DNA of 64,000 bases from Thermodesulfobacteriota bacterium. Lineage in GTDB: Bacteria; Desulfobacterota; Desulfobulbia; Desulfobulbales; Desulfurivibrionaceae. Below the pieces are notes generated by a model that had not been told where the DNA came from, did not search any database, and saw only the letters and a program-made list of their open reading frames with translations. Positions within the stretch are counted from its first letter, which is position 1; each line of letters begins with the position of its first letter. Made by a program: the position numbers and the translations under genes. This document shows, in pieces, positions 55,046 through 64,000 of the stretch. The stretch is from NCBI GenBank assembly GCA_040757055.1, contig JBFLXY010000011.1, forward strand, positions 19,099 to 83,098. The letters run 5' to 3'.

Positions 55046-56434
55046 TCAGAAGTATACCGGCCTGACCGCCGCCTCCTTTGCCGTTGCCTCTCCGCCGGCC
55101 GCCACGGCCGCGGCGGTTTCGCGCGCCGCCTGCATCATGTCATTCATGCCGATTCCCTTCCACCCGAAGCCGCAGAGATGGAGGCCCGGTTGCGCCGCCT
55201 GCACCTCTTCGCGCCACTGCAGAAGGCGCAGGTGGCCCGTCTCCAGTTGGGGGATGCCGCTGCCGGAGCGGAGCACCCGGCTGTAGACCGGCGGGTGGGG
55301 CAGGTGGAGCAGCTGCCGCAGGTCGGCATAAACTTTTTCCACCAGGGCATCGTCGTCGAGGGCCAGGCGCTCCGGATGGCGGCGGCCGCCCACCAGGGCC
55401 TCCAGCAGTACCTGCCCCTGCGGCGCCCGGCCTGGGAACATATGGGTGGAAAAGAGGGCCCCCAGGGCGAAGCGCTGCTCCCGTTCCGGGGCCAGATAGC
55501 CGAATCCGTAAGGAATCCTGGCGGTGGCCGCATCGAAGCCCAGAGCCACGGTGGCGATGCGGGCCTCGGGAATGGCGCTGAGCGGCGGGGCAAAGGCGGT
55601 GAGCAGGGCGAGGGCCGCATTGACGGGCAGCGCCACGATGAGGGTGCGGCAGTTGAGCGGTTCGCCGCCGCTGTTCTCCACCAGCCATCCCTGCTGGTGA
55701 CGCCGGAGGCCGGTGGCCGCGATGCCGAATCGGATCGGCAGGCCTGCGGCCAGGGTTTCGGTGAGCTGCTCCATGCCGCCGGGAAAGCTGGTCATGGCCG
55801 GCAGGATGCGCGGCGCGGCCGGGGCGTTTTTTTTCTTTTCCCGCATGGTGTGGATGAGTCCGCGCAGCACCGAGCCGTGTTCTTTTTCCAGCCGGCGCAG
55901 GCCGGGCATGACCGCGTCGATGCTCAGCCGCTCGTAGTCGCCGGCAAAGGTGCCGGTTACCGCCGCGTCCGCCAGGGGCAGGAGGGCGGGGCCGAAGCGA
56001 TGGGAGACCCAGGCGCCGATGGTCGGCTCGCCTGGGAGCGGCCTGCGGAAGAGGTCGCCCAGCACCCGCAGCTTGCCGGGAAGGCTCACCAGAGGGGTGG
56101 CCAGCAGCTTCTGCGGCTTCTGCGGCAGTACCACCAGACGGCCCTGGTGGCAGAGGTAGCGGACAAAGTTGCCGAGCGGTGCCTTCTGGGCGAGGCGGTC
56201 GAGGCCGAGGCCTGCCAGCAGCTCCCGGCTGGCCGGATTGTTGTCGAGAAAGCCGTGGGGGCCCCATTCCGCCAGATATCCCTGGTCGTGGCAGGAGCGT
56301 ACTGCCCCGCCCGCCCGCCGGCCCTGCTCCACGATCCGCAGGTCGAGGCCGGGCCTGGTTTTGGTGAGAAAATGGGCAACGGCCAGCCCGGAGAGGCCGG
56401 CGCCGATGATGACGACGTCGTGATCTCTTGTCAT
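55046..56434 (-). CDS. FAD-dependent protoporphyrinogen/coproporphyrinogen oxidase-like protein (HemY family)
   Basis: VVIIGAGLSGLAVA dinucleotide-binding motif. Length and C-terminus (GIGMNDMMQAA) are HemY-like. Confidence 0.7.
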   Translation of the reverse strand: MTRDHDVVIIGAGLSGLAVAHFLTKTRPGLDLRIVEQGRRAGGAVRSCHDQGYLAEWGPHGFLDNNPASRELLAGLGLDRLAQKAPLGNFVRYLCHQGRLVVLPQKPQKLLATPLVSLPGKLRVLGDLFRRPLPGEPTIGAWVSHRFGPALLPLADAAVTGTFAGDYERLSIDAVMPGLRRLEKEHGSVLRGLIHTMREKKKNAPAAPRILPAMTSFPGGMEQLTETLAAGLPIRFGIAATGLRRHQQGWLVENSGGEPLNCRTLIVALPVNAALALLTAFAPPLSAIPEARIATVALGFDAATARIPYGFGYLAPEREQRFALGALFSTHMFPGRAPQGQVLLEALVGGRRHPERLALDDDALVEKVYADLRQLLHLPHPPVYSRVLRSGSGIPQLETGHLRLLQWREEVQAAQPGLHLCGFGWKGIGMNDMMQAARETAAAVAAGGEATAKEAAVRPVYF

Positions 56435-57096
56435 GATGGTGTCTGGTGGATGGTTGCGAGGCGGGCGCGGAGTTGGCCGTTTTCAGCGGTGATCACGGCG
56501 TAGCCGCCATCCTTGAGCATGCCGGGGTTGATGATGGTGGTGCGGCCGAGGCGGTCCTCGGCGCGCGCTTCGTGGATATGGCCGCAGATCGCCGCCGCAG
56601 GCTGGTGCGTGGTGATGAAGTCGCGCACCGCGCTGCTGCCGGCATGGGTGCCGTTCCTGAGGCGATCCGTCAGGGTGCTGCGAGGCGGGGCATGGGTGAC
56701 GAGCAGCAGTTCGCCGCCCGCGACCTGCCGGTGGCCTGCCGCCAGCAAAGCCGCAAGTTCCGCCTCGGAAAATTCGTTGGGGGTGGCAAAGGGGGTGGGG
56801 TTGGAGCCGCCGGCGCCGCAGAGGCCGATCCCGCCGTAACGGCGGCCGATGCCGTGCAGGCTGATGCCGTGGGCGGCGAGCAGTTCGTTCACCTCGGGCT
56901 GGTCGAGGTTGCCGGCCAGGGCCAGGATGTTTGGGTTGACCCGCTGGATGGCCGTGAGCACCTCAGCGGCATCGGCGGCATTGCCGAAGTTGGTGAGATC
57001 TCCGGTGACGAGCAGCAGGTCGGCCGTATCGATGCCGGGAATCCGCGCCAGATTCGCCCACTCCTTATGGATGTCGCCCACCGCGATGAACCGCAT
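56431..57096 (-). CDS. Metallophosphoesterase
   Basis: AVGDIH...VTGDLTNFG...AGNLD...THAPP...CGHIH. Its stop overlaps the ATG of the downstream HemY-like gene. Confidence 0.8.
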   Translation of the reverse strand: MRFIAVGDIHKEWANLARIPGIDTADLLLVTGDLTNFGNAADAAEVLTAIQRVNPNILALAGNLDQPEVNELLAAHGISLHGIGRRYGGIGLCGAGGSNPTPFATPNEFSEAELAALLAAGHRQVAGGELLLVTHAPPRSTLTDRLRNGTHAGSSAVRDFITTHQPAAAICGHIHEARAEDRLGRTTIINPGMLKDGGYAVITAENGQLRARLATIHQTPS

Positions 57097-57241
57097 CGTC
57101 TTCTCCGTGAAAGCCCGGGAAAATCCGGGCAGGGTGTGCTATGATGGCACCACTGTAACCGATCCCGGCCGGGGGCGGAAAGAAAAAGTGGCGACAGCGG
57201 CGTCGGGGCTGACCCCGGTACGGCGACAAAGGCAGGCAGGG

Positions 57242-57898
57242 ATGACCGAGGCGAGCAGCGACCAGCCGCGGGTGGTGGTGGTCTATTTTTCGTACAGCGG
57301 CCAGACCGGCGGGCTGGTCCATCGCCTGGTGTCCGGCCTCAAGGAGGAAGGCGTTGCCGTGCATGTGGAGCGGCTGCAACCGCTGACACCCCTGCGTTTT
57401 CCCGTCGGTTCCCTGGCCGGAACCCTGCTGCTGATGCTCACCACCTTTCTGCGCTTCCGGGTGGCGATTGCGCCCGTGGACGCGGCATGCCGTCCGCCGG
57501 CGGACCTGATCGTCCTGGCCGGCCCCACCTGGTCGTACAATCCCAGCGGGCCGGTTCTGGCCTTCCTCGATCGCGACGGCCACCTCCTCGCCGGCCAGCG
57601 GGTGCTGCCGCTCATCTCCTGCCGCGGTTACTGGCGGCTGCACTGGTACGGGCTGCGCCATCTTCTGCGGCGGCTGGGCGCGGTGGTGGAGGCGCCTCTG
57701 GTCTTCGACCATCCGCAGCCGGAACCGTGGCGCACCATCGGCGTTTTCCTGAAGATCGCCGGCCTGGCCCCGGAGCGCGGGCGGTTCATCGGCCGCTATT
57801 ATCACCGCTTCGGCCACGCCAGGGAGCAGCTCGATTATGCCTGGCGGCAGGGCCGCCTGCTCGGCGCCCGCCTCCGGGGCGGCCCGACGCGCGATTGA
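57242..57898 (+). CDS. Flavodoxin-fold protein of unknown function
   Basis: VVVVYFSYSGQTGG N-terminus. The start was trimmed to MTEASSD. Confidence 0.5.
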   Translation: MTEASSDQPRVVVVYFSYSGQTGGLVHRLVSGLKEEGVAVHVERLQPLTPLRFPVGSLAGTLLLMLTTFLRFRVAIAPVDAACRPPADLIVLAGPTWSYNPSGPVLAFLDRDGHLLAGQRVLPLISCRGYWRLHWYGLRHLLRRLGAVVEAPLVFDHPQPEPWRTIGVFLKIAGLAPERGRFIGRYYHRFGHAREQLDYAWRQGRLLGARLRGGPTRD

Positions 57899-57911
57899 GA
57901 CACTCCTCTTT

Positions 57912-58457
57912 TTAAAATTCGATTCCCGCCTGGGCCGCAATCCCGCGGCGGAAGGGATGTTTGATCTCCCGCATCTCGGTAACCAGATCGGCCGCCCCGA
58001 TGAGGCCGGGGCTGGCCTGACGGCCGGTGATGACCAGATGGAGGGGGGCCGGCTTGCCGGCGATGGCGGCGAGCACCGCCTCCTCCGCCACCAGGCCGAA
58101 ATGGATGAGATAGGTGAGTTCGTCGAGGATGATGAGATCGTAGGCCCGGCTCGCGATCTTCTCTCTGGCCAGCCGCCAGCCTGCCTGGGCCACCTGCCGG
58201 AATGCCGCTTCGTCGCGCTGGGCCCAGGAAAAACCGGAGCCGGTCACGTGCAGCTCGATGCAGTCACCCAGGGCGGCCAGGGCCTTGGCCTCGCCGGTGT
58301 CGGTCCGCTCCTTGATGAACTGGATGATGGCGATTTTCTTGCCGTGACCGGCGGCGCGGAGGGCGAGGCCGAGGGCGGCGGTGGTCTTGCCCTTGCCGTT
58401 GCCGGTGAAGAGGATGGTCAGTCCGGTGGTCATGGCGGCTCCTGGTGCGGGGATCAT
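57912..58457 (-). CDS. cobO: Cob(I)yrinic acid a,c-diamide adenosyltransferase
   Basis: TGNGKGKTTAALG...IIQFIK...DELTY...LVITGR. Its ATG overlaps the upstream stop (ATGA). Confidence 0.85.
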   Translation of the reverse strand: MIPAPGAAMTTGLTILFTGNGKGKTTAALGLALRAAGHGKKIAIIQFIKERTDTGEAKALAALGDCIELHVTGSGFSWAQRDEAAFRQVAQAGWRLAREKIASRAYDLIILDELTYLIHFGLVAEEAVLAAIAGKPAPLHLVITGRQASPGLIGAADLVTEMREIKHPFRRGIAAQAGIEF

Positions 58458-60280
58458 TGCGGGATGGGCAGCGGCTCCGGAAAGGTGGCCGTGCGGAACC
58501 GCTGCAGTTGTTCCTGGTAATATGCCCGGTTTTCCCGGGCAAGGGCCAGGGCCCGCTGGCCCGCGGCAACGGCGCTGGCGCGGTCGCCGGTGGCCCAGTA
58601 AGCGGTGGCCAGGGTGTCGAGCACGTGGGGGGCGCCCGAGAGGCGGGCGGCTTTTTGCGCCAGGGCCAGGGCCCGGGTCGGGTCGAGCAGGGACTGGTCG
58701 TCGGCTGCCAGCAGCAGCCAGGCCAGGTTGTTCAGGGTTTCCGGATTGTCGGGAGCTAGGCGCAGGGCCTGTTCGTAGGCCGCCCGCGCTGCGGGAAAGT
58801 CGCGGAGGGTGAAGCGGAGGTCGCCGAGGATATGGTGCCAGAGGGCGTTGGCCGGTTCTTCCTTGATTTTTTCACGCAGCAAGGCCTCGGCGAATCTGGT
58901 TTTGGGCGCCCCTTCCAGAAGATCGGCCGGCAGCCGGGCCAGAAAGAAGGTGCCAGCCGTAAGCGCCGCGACAAAAAGACCGAGGGCGCAGGCGACCTTG
59001 CGGTGGTGCCGCCGGGCGCAGGCGGGATCGGCTTCGCTCCGCCGCAGAAAATCGATGCGCTCGCCGATGCCGAAGTGGTGCCAGCTCGGCAGGTCGCGGA
59101 TCTTGCCGCTCAGCCAGGCGATTTTTTCAAAGACCCGGACCAGCGGGGAGGCGTGGCCGATGGCGGTCAGGGCGTAGAGATCGGCCTGGCGCTCGAAGTT
59201 GCGCATGAAGAAGCCGAAGAGGTAACGGAAATAGAGGATCATCAGCAGCAGAAGCGAGGCACTGCTGGCCACGGTCAGCGCGGCGACCGGCGAGCGGCCG
59301 GACATCTGCACCGCCTGATAGAAGAGGCTCGAATTGAGCAGCAGCGCCAGGAACGGGTAGGCGGTGAACTGGGTGAGGAGGCCAAAGCCCAGAAAGAAGA
59401 GGAGGTAGAGCTGGAGGTGGTAGTGCTTCACGTGGCCGACCTCGTGGGCAATGACGGCCTCGACCTCCTCCGTGGTCATGGTTTCGAGCAGGGCGGGGGT
59501 GATGAGCAGGTAGCGGAAGCGGGCGGTGATGCCCATCACGCCGGCGGTGAGCAGCCGTCCCTCGAAGAGCGGCCAGAGCATGATGTCGGCGTAGCCGATC
59601 CGGTGGCGCCGGCAGAACTCATCGATTTGCCGGCGCAGTGGTCCGGCGGGCAGGGAGGTGCAGCCCCAGAGGCGGACAACCAGTCGCGGAAAGACGAGGA
59701 GCAGCAGCAGGAAGAAAAGGAGGATGAGCAGCGGCTCGCCCCATGGAGAGGCGAGCAGCCCTTTTACCGCCGGCAGGGGGGCGAGCCGGAGCAGGTCGAC
59801 GAGCAGGGAGAGCAGCAGCCAGGGCAGGACGATGGCCAGATTGATCTTGAGGTTGGCGGCCAGAAAGGAGCCCAGCCGGTGGCGGCGGCCGAAAACGGCG
59901 GCGTACGCAGTCCGGCCGGCACTCCACAGGAGAGAGAAATAGCCGAAGAAGAGGGCAAGGCCGCAGGCGCTGGCGATGGTCGGCAGGGCCGCGGCCAGCG
60001 GCATTCTGGCAAAGTAGTAAGGGGCGTCGAGCAGATAGATGTCGAGGCCGAAGGAGAAGATGGCGAGCAGGGAAAGCCTTTGTTCAGTGGCAAAGTAGTC
60101 CGTGGCGCGGGATTGGCTTTGGGTGCGGAAGAGGTGGCGGGCGAGGAGGAAATAGCCGGTGTTTTTGAGCAGAAAGAACAGCAGGGCCGCGCCCGCCGGC
60201 AGTTGCGGCGTCTCGGGAATGGTCCTGGTGGAGAGAATGAAGAGGGCAACCAGAATATAAATGAGATTGTTGTAAATCAT
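58454..60280 (-). CDS. M48-family membrane zinc metalloprotease with C-terminal TPR repeats
   Basis: HEVGHVKHYH (HExxH), multiple transmembrane segments and a TPR-like C-terminus. Confidence 0.8.
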   Translation of the reverse strand: MIYNNLIYILVALFILSTRTIPETPQLPAGAALLFFLLKNTGYFLLARHLFRTQSQSRATDYFATEQRLSLLAIFSFGLDIYLLDAPYYFARMPLAAALPTIASACGLALFFGYFSLLWSAGRTAYAAVFGRRHRLGSFLAANLKINLAIVLPWLLLSLLVDLLRLAPLPAVKGLLASPWGEPLLILLFFLLLLLVFPRLVVRLWGCTSLPAGPLRRQIDEFCRRHRIGYADIMLWPLFEGRLLTAGVMGITARFRYLLITPALLETMTTEEVEAVIAHEVGHVKHYHLQLYLLFFLGFGLLTQFTAYPFLALLLNSSLFYQAVQMSGRSPVAALTVASSASLLLLMILYFRYLFGFFMRNFERQADLYALTAIGHASPLVRVFEKIAWLSGKIRDLPSWHHFGIGERIDFLRRSEADPACARRHHRKVACALGLFVAALTAGTFFLARLPADLLEGAPKTRFAEALLREKIKEEPANALWHHILGDLRFTLRDFPAARAAYEQALRLAPDNPETLNNLAWLLLAADDQSLLDPTRALALAQKAARLSGAPHVLDTLATAYWATGDRASAVAAGQRALALARENRAYYQEQLQRFRTATFPEPLPIPQ

Positions 60281-60301
60281 GGCGCAGAGCCAGCCGCAAG
60301 G

Positions 60302-61177
60302 CTAGAAACGGAAGCGGAGCCGCAGTTCCTCGGCGAGGCGGGCATTGTGGTCGTGGTACTGGCGAAGCAGCCGGGCGAAGTGGTCGGGCTGCAGAATGCC
60401 GTTCTCCACGAAGTATTCGCCGAATTTCCGCTGCAGCCGCTTTTGGTGATGGATCAGCACCTGGAGCTGGGTCTCGGTGAGATAGCCCAGGGCGACGGCC
60501 GAGACGCCGAATGGCTCCAGCAGCGCCTTGCTGCGGAGGATCTGGCGAATTTCATCCTCCTGCAGCAGGCCGAAGCGCTGGCCGAGTTCGCCCAGTCGCG
60601 GGCGCTGCGTCCGTTGCCAGATCAGGGCCTGCACCACCATGCGCCAGGAGGCGACGCCGGAGTAGTAGAGAAAATGGCCGAGCAACAGCCGCCGGTTTGG
60701 CAACGGCCCGCGATACCGTTCCTCGGTGTTCCAGCTGGTGGTCTGCTGGCGGAAAGGGTTGTTGTTTTTCGGTCTGTCGTGGCCAGCGGCCTGGCTACGG
60801 AATCCGGCGCCGGCATGGGGCCGCGTGCCGTTATGGGTCTGGCGGTTTGCCGCGGCCGAGGCCGTGGCGGACCGCCATGCCGCCGGCCGCGGTGCGGCGC
60901 GGTGCGGCAGGCGGAAGCCCTGCTCCCGCGCCGTGAGAAACTGGAGCAGATGTTCGTAGGAGTGCTGCACCGCGTGGAAGAGGTCGGTGCTCTGCCGCTG
61001 GAGCATCAGGTCGGCGGCGAAGCGGTCCGGATGGGTTTCCATGGCCCGCTTGCGGTAGGCGCTCTTGACGCCGGAGGGCTGGAGATATTCGAGGAATTCG
61101 CGGGTCACCGCCAGTTCCGGGCCGAAGATGATCTCGCAGGCCCGGTGGAGTTCGTGCTCGGTGGTGGCGAAGGTCAT
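60302..61177 (-). CDS. J-domain-containing protein
   Basis: AYRKRAMETHPDR (HPD motif) near the N-terminus. The remainder is uncharacterised. Confidence 0.6.
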   Translation of the reverse strand: MTFATTEHELHRACEIIFGPELAVTREFLEYLQPSGVKSAYRKRAMETHPDRFAADLMLQRQSTDLFHAVQHSYEHLLQFLTAREQGFRLPHRAAPRPAAWRSATASAAANRQTHNGTRPHAGAGFRSQAAGHDRPKNNNPFRQQTTSWNTEERYRGPLPNRRLLLGHFLYYSGVASWRMVVQALIWQRTQRPRLGELGQRFGLLQEDEIRQILRSKALLEPFGVSAVALGYLTETQLQVLIHHQKRLQRKFGEYFVENGILQPDHFARLLRQYHDHNARLAEELRLRFRF

Positions 61178-61421
61178 GGCCCTCTTCCCTCAGCTATGGC
61201 GGCGCAGAAAATGGTTGGCTTTGCCGGCCGGCGTTGCGATATAATGCCGCAAGGCGCCTGGGCTGAGGGAACGGACGGTATGCTGCGCGAATTCTCTTCC
61301 GGAGTCCATGGTTGTTTAAAGACTAGCATATAACCGGCTTATTTCTAAGAATTTTTTTGCCGAATGACATTTTTCCACCGAAAAGCGCCTCGGGCCTCCG
61401 GGGCGCGGAGGAGGCGTGGGG

Positions 61422-63068
61422 ATGGGAATTACGGTGCCCGATGGGCTCTGCCGGGACTTTGACGCGCTGCCTGCCGTGACGGTTTTGCGGCGGCTGGCGG
61501 AGCAACCGCTCGATCTGACGGCGCCGTCGGCACTGACGCCGGAGCGGCTGATGCGCTACCGCTGCCATGCCGCCGGCTTTGACCTGCTCTATGCCACCCA
61601 GCGCCTCGACGAAGCGGCGCTCGACGCCCTCCAGGCCTTGGCCGGCGAGAGCCGGGCGGTGGAGCAGTTTCTCCTCATGCGGCGGGGCGCGGTGCTGAAC
61701 CGCATCGAAGGATTTGACAGCGAGAACCGGCAGGTACTTCACACCGCCTGCCGTGACCTCTTCGCCGAGGCGCCGCTGGCCCCCGAGGCCACGGCCCAGG
61801 CCCAGGCCGAACTCGCCAGGCTGCGGGAGTTTCTGGCCGCGCTCGACAGCGGCCGGCTTACCAGCGCGGCCGGCACACCCTTTACTGATCTGGTGCACAT
61901 CGGCATCGGCGGCTCCGATTTGGGGCCGCGGGCGCTTGCCCTGGCCCTGACGCCCTTTGCCAGGGCCGGCCGCCGGGTTCATTTTATCAGCAATGTCGAT
62001 CCCGATGATGCCGCCGCGGTGCTCAAGGGACTCGATCTCTCCCGCACCCTGGTCAACGTGGTGTCCAAAAGCGGCACCACGCTCGAGACCCTGACCAACG
62101 AGGAACTGGTGCGCCGGTCCTTTGCTGTCGCCGGGCTGGCGCCGGAACGCCACTTCGTGGCGGTGACCGGCCAGGGCAGCCCCATGGACGATCCGGCCCG
62201 CTATCTCCGTTCCTTTCACATGTTCGATTACATCGGCGGCCGCTACAGCGCCACCTCCATGGTGGGGGCCGTGATGCTCGGCTTTTTCCTGGGGTACGAT
62301 CAGGTGGAGGAGATCCTCGCCGGGGCGCATGCCATGGACCTGGCGGCCGCGGAACCGGACATCCGCAGGAATCCGGCCCTGCTTGCGGCCCTCATCGGCA
62401 TCTGGAACCGCAACTTCCTGGGCTGCGACACCGTGGCGGTTCTTCCTTACAGTCAGGCGCTGGTCCGCTTTGCCGCCCATCTGCAGCAGCTCGACATGGA
62501 GAGCAACGGCAAGTCGGTCAGCCGTTCCGGCCGGGTTCTCGCGTGGGAGAGCGGGCCGGTGGTGTGGGGCGAGCCCGGGACCAACGGTCAGCATGCCTTC
62601 TATCAGCTCATCCATCAGGGCACCACCATCATCCCCGTGGAGTTCATCGGCTTCCGCCGGAGCCAGCGCGGGGAGGATCTGCTGCTCCAAGGCACCACCT
62701 CCCAGGAAAAGCTGCTGGCCAACCTGCTGGCCCAGTCCCTGGCCCTGGCCACCGGCCAGCCCCACGACAACCCCAACCGGCGCTTTGCCGGCAACCGGCC
62801 CAGCTCGCTACTCATCGCCGACCGGCTGACTCCCTATGCCATGGGGGCACTGCTGGCCTTCTACGAGGCCAAGGTGGTTTTCCAGGGGTTTCTCTGGAAC
62901 ATCAATTCCTTTGACCAGGAAGGGGTGCAGCTCGGCAAGAAGCTGGCCAGCGGACTCCTTGCACATTTTTCTGCCCAACGCACGAATTTCCTCTATAATG
63001 GCTCCGGGTCCGATCCGCTGGGCTGGGCGCTGCTGCAGGCGGCCGGCCTGCCGGGCAAGGACCGGTGA
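61422..63068 (+). CDS. pgi: Glucose-6-phosphate isomerase
   Basis: IGIGGSDLGP...SKSGTTLET...DMESNGK...GTNGQHAFYQLIHQG. The ATG at 61422 follows GGAGGAGG. The track start at 61416 is a GTG too close to the RBS. Confidence 0.9.
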   Translation: MGITVPDGLCRDFDALPAVTVLRRLAEQPLDLTAPSALTPERLMRYRCHAAGFDLLYATQRLDEAALDALQALAGESRAVEQFLLMRRGAVLNRIEGFDSENRQVLHTACRDLFAEAPLAPEATAQAQAELARLREFLAALDSGRLTSAAGTPFTDLVHIGIGGSDLGPRALALALTPFARAGRRVHFISNVDPDDAAAVLKGLDLSRTLVNVVSKSGTTLETLTNEELVRRSFAVAGLAPERHFVAVTGQGSPMDDPARYLRSFHMFDYIGGRYSATSMVGAVMLGFFLGYDQVEEILAGAHAMDLAAAEPDIRRNPALLAALIGIWNRNFLGCDTVAVLPYSQALVRFAAHLQQLDMESNGKSVSRSGRVLAWESGPVVWGEPGTNGQHAFYQLIHQGTTIIPVEFIGFRRSQRGEDLLLQGTTSQEKLLANLLAQSLALATGQPHDNPNRRFAGNRPSSLLIADRLTPYAMGALLAFYEAKVVFQGFLWNINSFDQEGVQLGKKLASGLLAHFSAQRTNFLYNGSGSDPLGWALLQAAGLPGKDR

Positions 63069-63113
63069 GTCCCGGCAACACGCAGGGGCGATGGGGGGAA
63101 GGGTTTTTCGCTG

Positions 63114-64000
63114 ATGTCCGCAAGCACCAAATGGAAGGCCACACTCACGGTCCTGGCGACCATCCTGGCGATGGCCGCCACCTTTTTTGTCTGGGGCTTC
63201 CGCAACGAACGGGAAGAGCTGCGGCAACATCTGGCCGAGCACGCGGCGTACATCAAGAACCATCTTGATTTCGCCGCCCGCTCCACCTACGAACCCTATC
63301 GCCATCGCATCCAGAATCTTGCCGTAACGCAGCCGGCGGTGGCGGAGGCCTTTGCCCGCCGGGACCGGGAACGCCTGCTGCAGCTTGTCGCGCCCCTGTT
63401 CCAGCAGATCCTCCATCGGGAAAATCCCCACTTCGAAAAATTACATTTTCATACGCCGGACAACCGCTCCTTCCTCCGGGTGCACGCGCCGGCGCGATTC
63501 GGCGACGATCTTGCCGCAACGCGGCCCATGGTGGTGGAGGCCAACCGCACCCGGCAGCAGCAGGCCGGCTACGAACTGAGCAGCGAAGGCCTTTTCTACC
63601 GGGTGGTGCAGCCGTTGGCCCACAATGGCCAGCATGTCGGCACCGTGGAGTTCGGCATCAAAGTGCATGAACTGCTGAGCCTGATGGGAGAAGAGCAGGG
63701 AGTGGACATCGCCCTGCTCATCGATCCCGCCGCCGCGCCGGCCACCGGCGAAAAGGTCGGCGCCGACCAGCATTTTCTCTATTTCAGCGATGCCCTGCTG
63801 CTCAAATGCCGGGAAAATCTTTTCGACGAACTGCCGCCCGATTTCTCCTTCCTCGGCGGGCCGGAGCGCTTCCAGCACAAGGGCCGCTGGTATCAGATCG
63901 ATTCCCGCACCGTGCTTGCCGACTACCGCGGCAGGCCGGTGGCGCGGGTACTTTTTACCGCCGATATCACCGACTATATCCAGGGATTCCAGCGGGTTCT
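63114..64000 (+). CDS. Sensor protein, 5' part only: N-terminal transmembrane segment plus Cache-type periplasmic domain. It runs off the right edge.
   Basis: It is absent from the ORF track because there is no stop in the window. My translation is MSASTKWKATLTVLATILAMAATFFVWG...HFHTPDNRSFLRVHAPARFGDDL...GYELSSEGLFYRVVQPL...GTVEFG, which is typical of Cache_3-Cache_2-like sensors. Confidence 0.6.
   Translation, partial: MSASTKWKATLTVLATILAMAATFFVWGFRNEREELRQHLAEHAAYIKNHLDFAARSTYEPYRHRIQNLAVTQPAVAEAFARRDRERLLQLVAPLFQQILHRENPHFEKLHFHTPDNRSFLRVHAPARFGDDLAATRPMVVEANRTRQQQAGYELSSEGLFYRVVQPLAHNGQHVGTVEFGIKVHELLSLMGEEQGVDIALLIDPAAAPATGEKVGADQHFLYFSDALLLKCRENLFDELPPDFSFLGGPERFQHKGRWYQIDSRTVLADYRGRPVARVLFTADITDYIQGFQRV

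Noticed and set aside
58832-61333. 833-aa ORF on the plus strand
   Set aside because: It lies antisense to the M48 protease and J-domain genes. It has a Gly/Ala/Glu/Arg-rich composition and no recognisable motifs. It is a shadow ORF.
1-64000. Search for CRISPR arrays, tRNA or rRNA genes, transposases, integrases and reverse transcriptases
   Set aside because: I saw no regularly spaced repeats, no cloverleaf-like or rRNA-like segments in the intergenic gaps, and no ORF with recombinase or RT motifs. A tool such as tRNAscan-SE or Infernal would be needed to exclude small RNAs.

Overview
This is a 64-kb stretch of a high-GC bacterial chromosome (roughly mid-60s % GC by eye). Two stretches are visibly lower in GC: about 1-1790 and about 31.7-34.3 kb. 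The gene content suggests an anaerobic Desulfobacterota-like organism, but I cannot assign taxonomy from this window alone. That content includes multihaem cytochromes, radical-SAM enzymes, YedF-type selenium genes, and many c-di-GMP and two-component genes.

Most of the window is housekeeping: guaA, guaB, rpsA, sppA, an IHF-like gene, pcnB, bioB, bioF, mutM, gatC, gatA, hisC, cmk, dnaA, pgi and cobO. I found no rRNA, tRNA, CRISPR array, transposase or integrase.

The ORF track has many long shadow ORFs typical of GC-rich DNA. Several real genes needed their starts trimmed, because some track starts are TTG or GTG codons, or upstream read-through.

The regions most worth follow-up are:
1. A 1070-aa fusion of a radical-SAM domain, a full-length ArsM/AS3MT-type metalloid methyltransferase and a Cys-rich domain. 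It is translationally coupled to a TVP38/DedA-family membrane protein (35.1-39.0 kb). The same window also holds an orphan DUF2064 plus GT2 transferase pair (4.6-5.9 kb) and a YedF/cysteine-desulfurase pair (46.0-47.8 kb).
2. A CydA-like membrane domain fused to an eight-haem cytochrome c, with a coupled polytopic partner, next to dnaA (49.1-52.8 kb).
3. A lower-GC island encoding three exported proteins, including an MliC-type lysozyme-inhibitor lipoprotein (31.9-34.2 kb).
4. An MqsR-like toxin with an MqsA-Panacea hybrid antitoxin. The cassette is bracketed by a 49-bp direct repeat of a gene's 5' end and has a textbook promoter-operator.
5. A kinase, response-regulator-TPR and 699-aa membrane-protein operon. 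The 699-aa protein carries an exact retroviral-type CCHC zinc knuckle.
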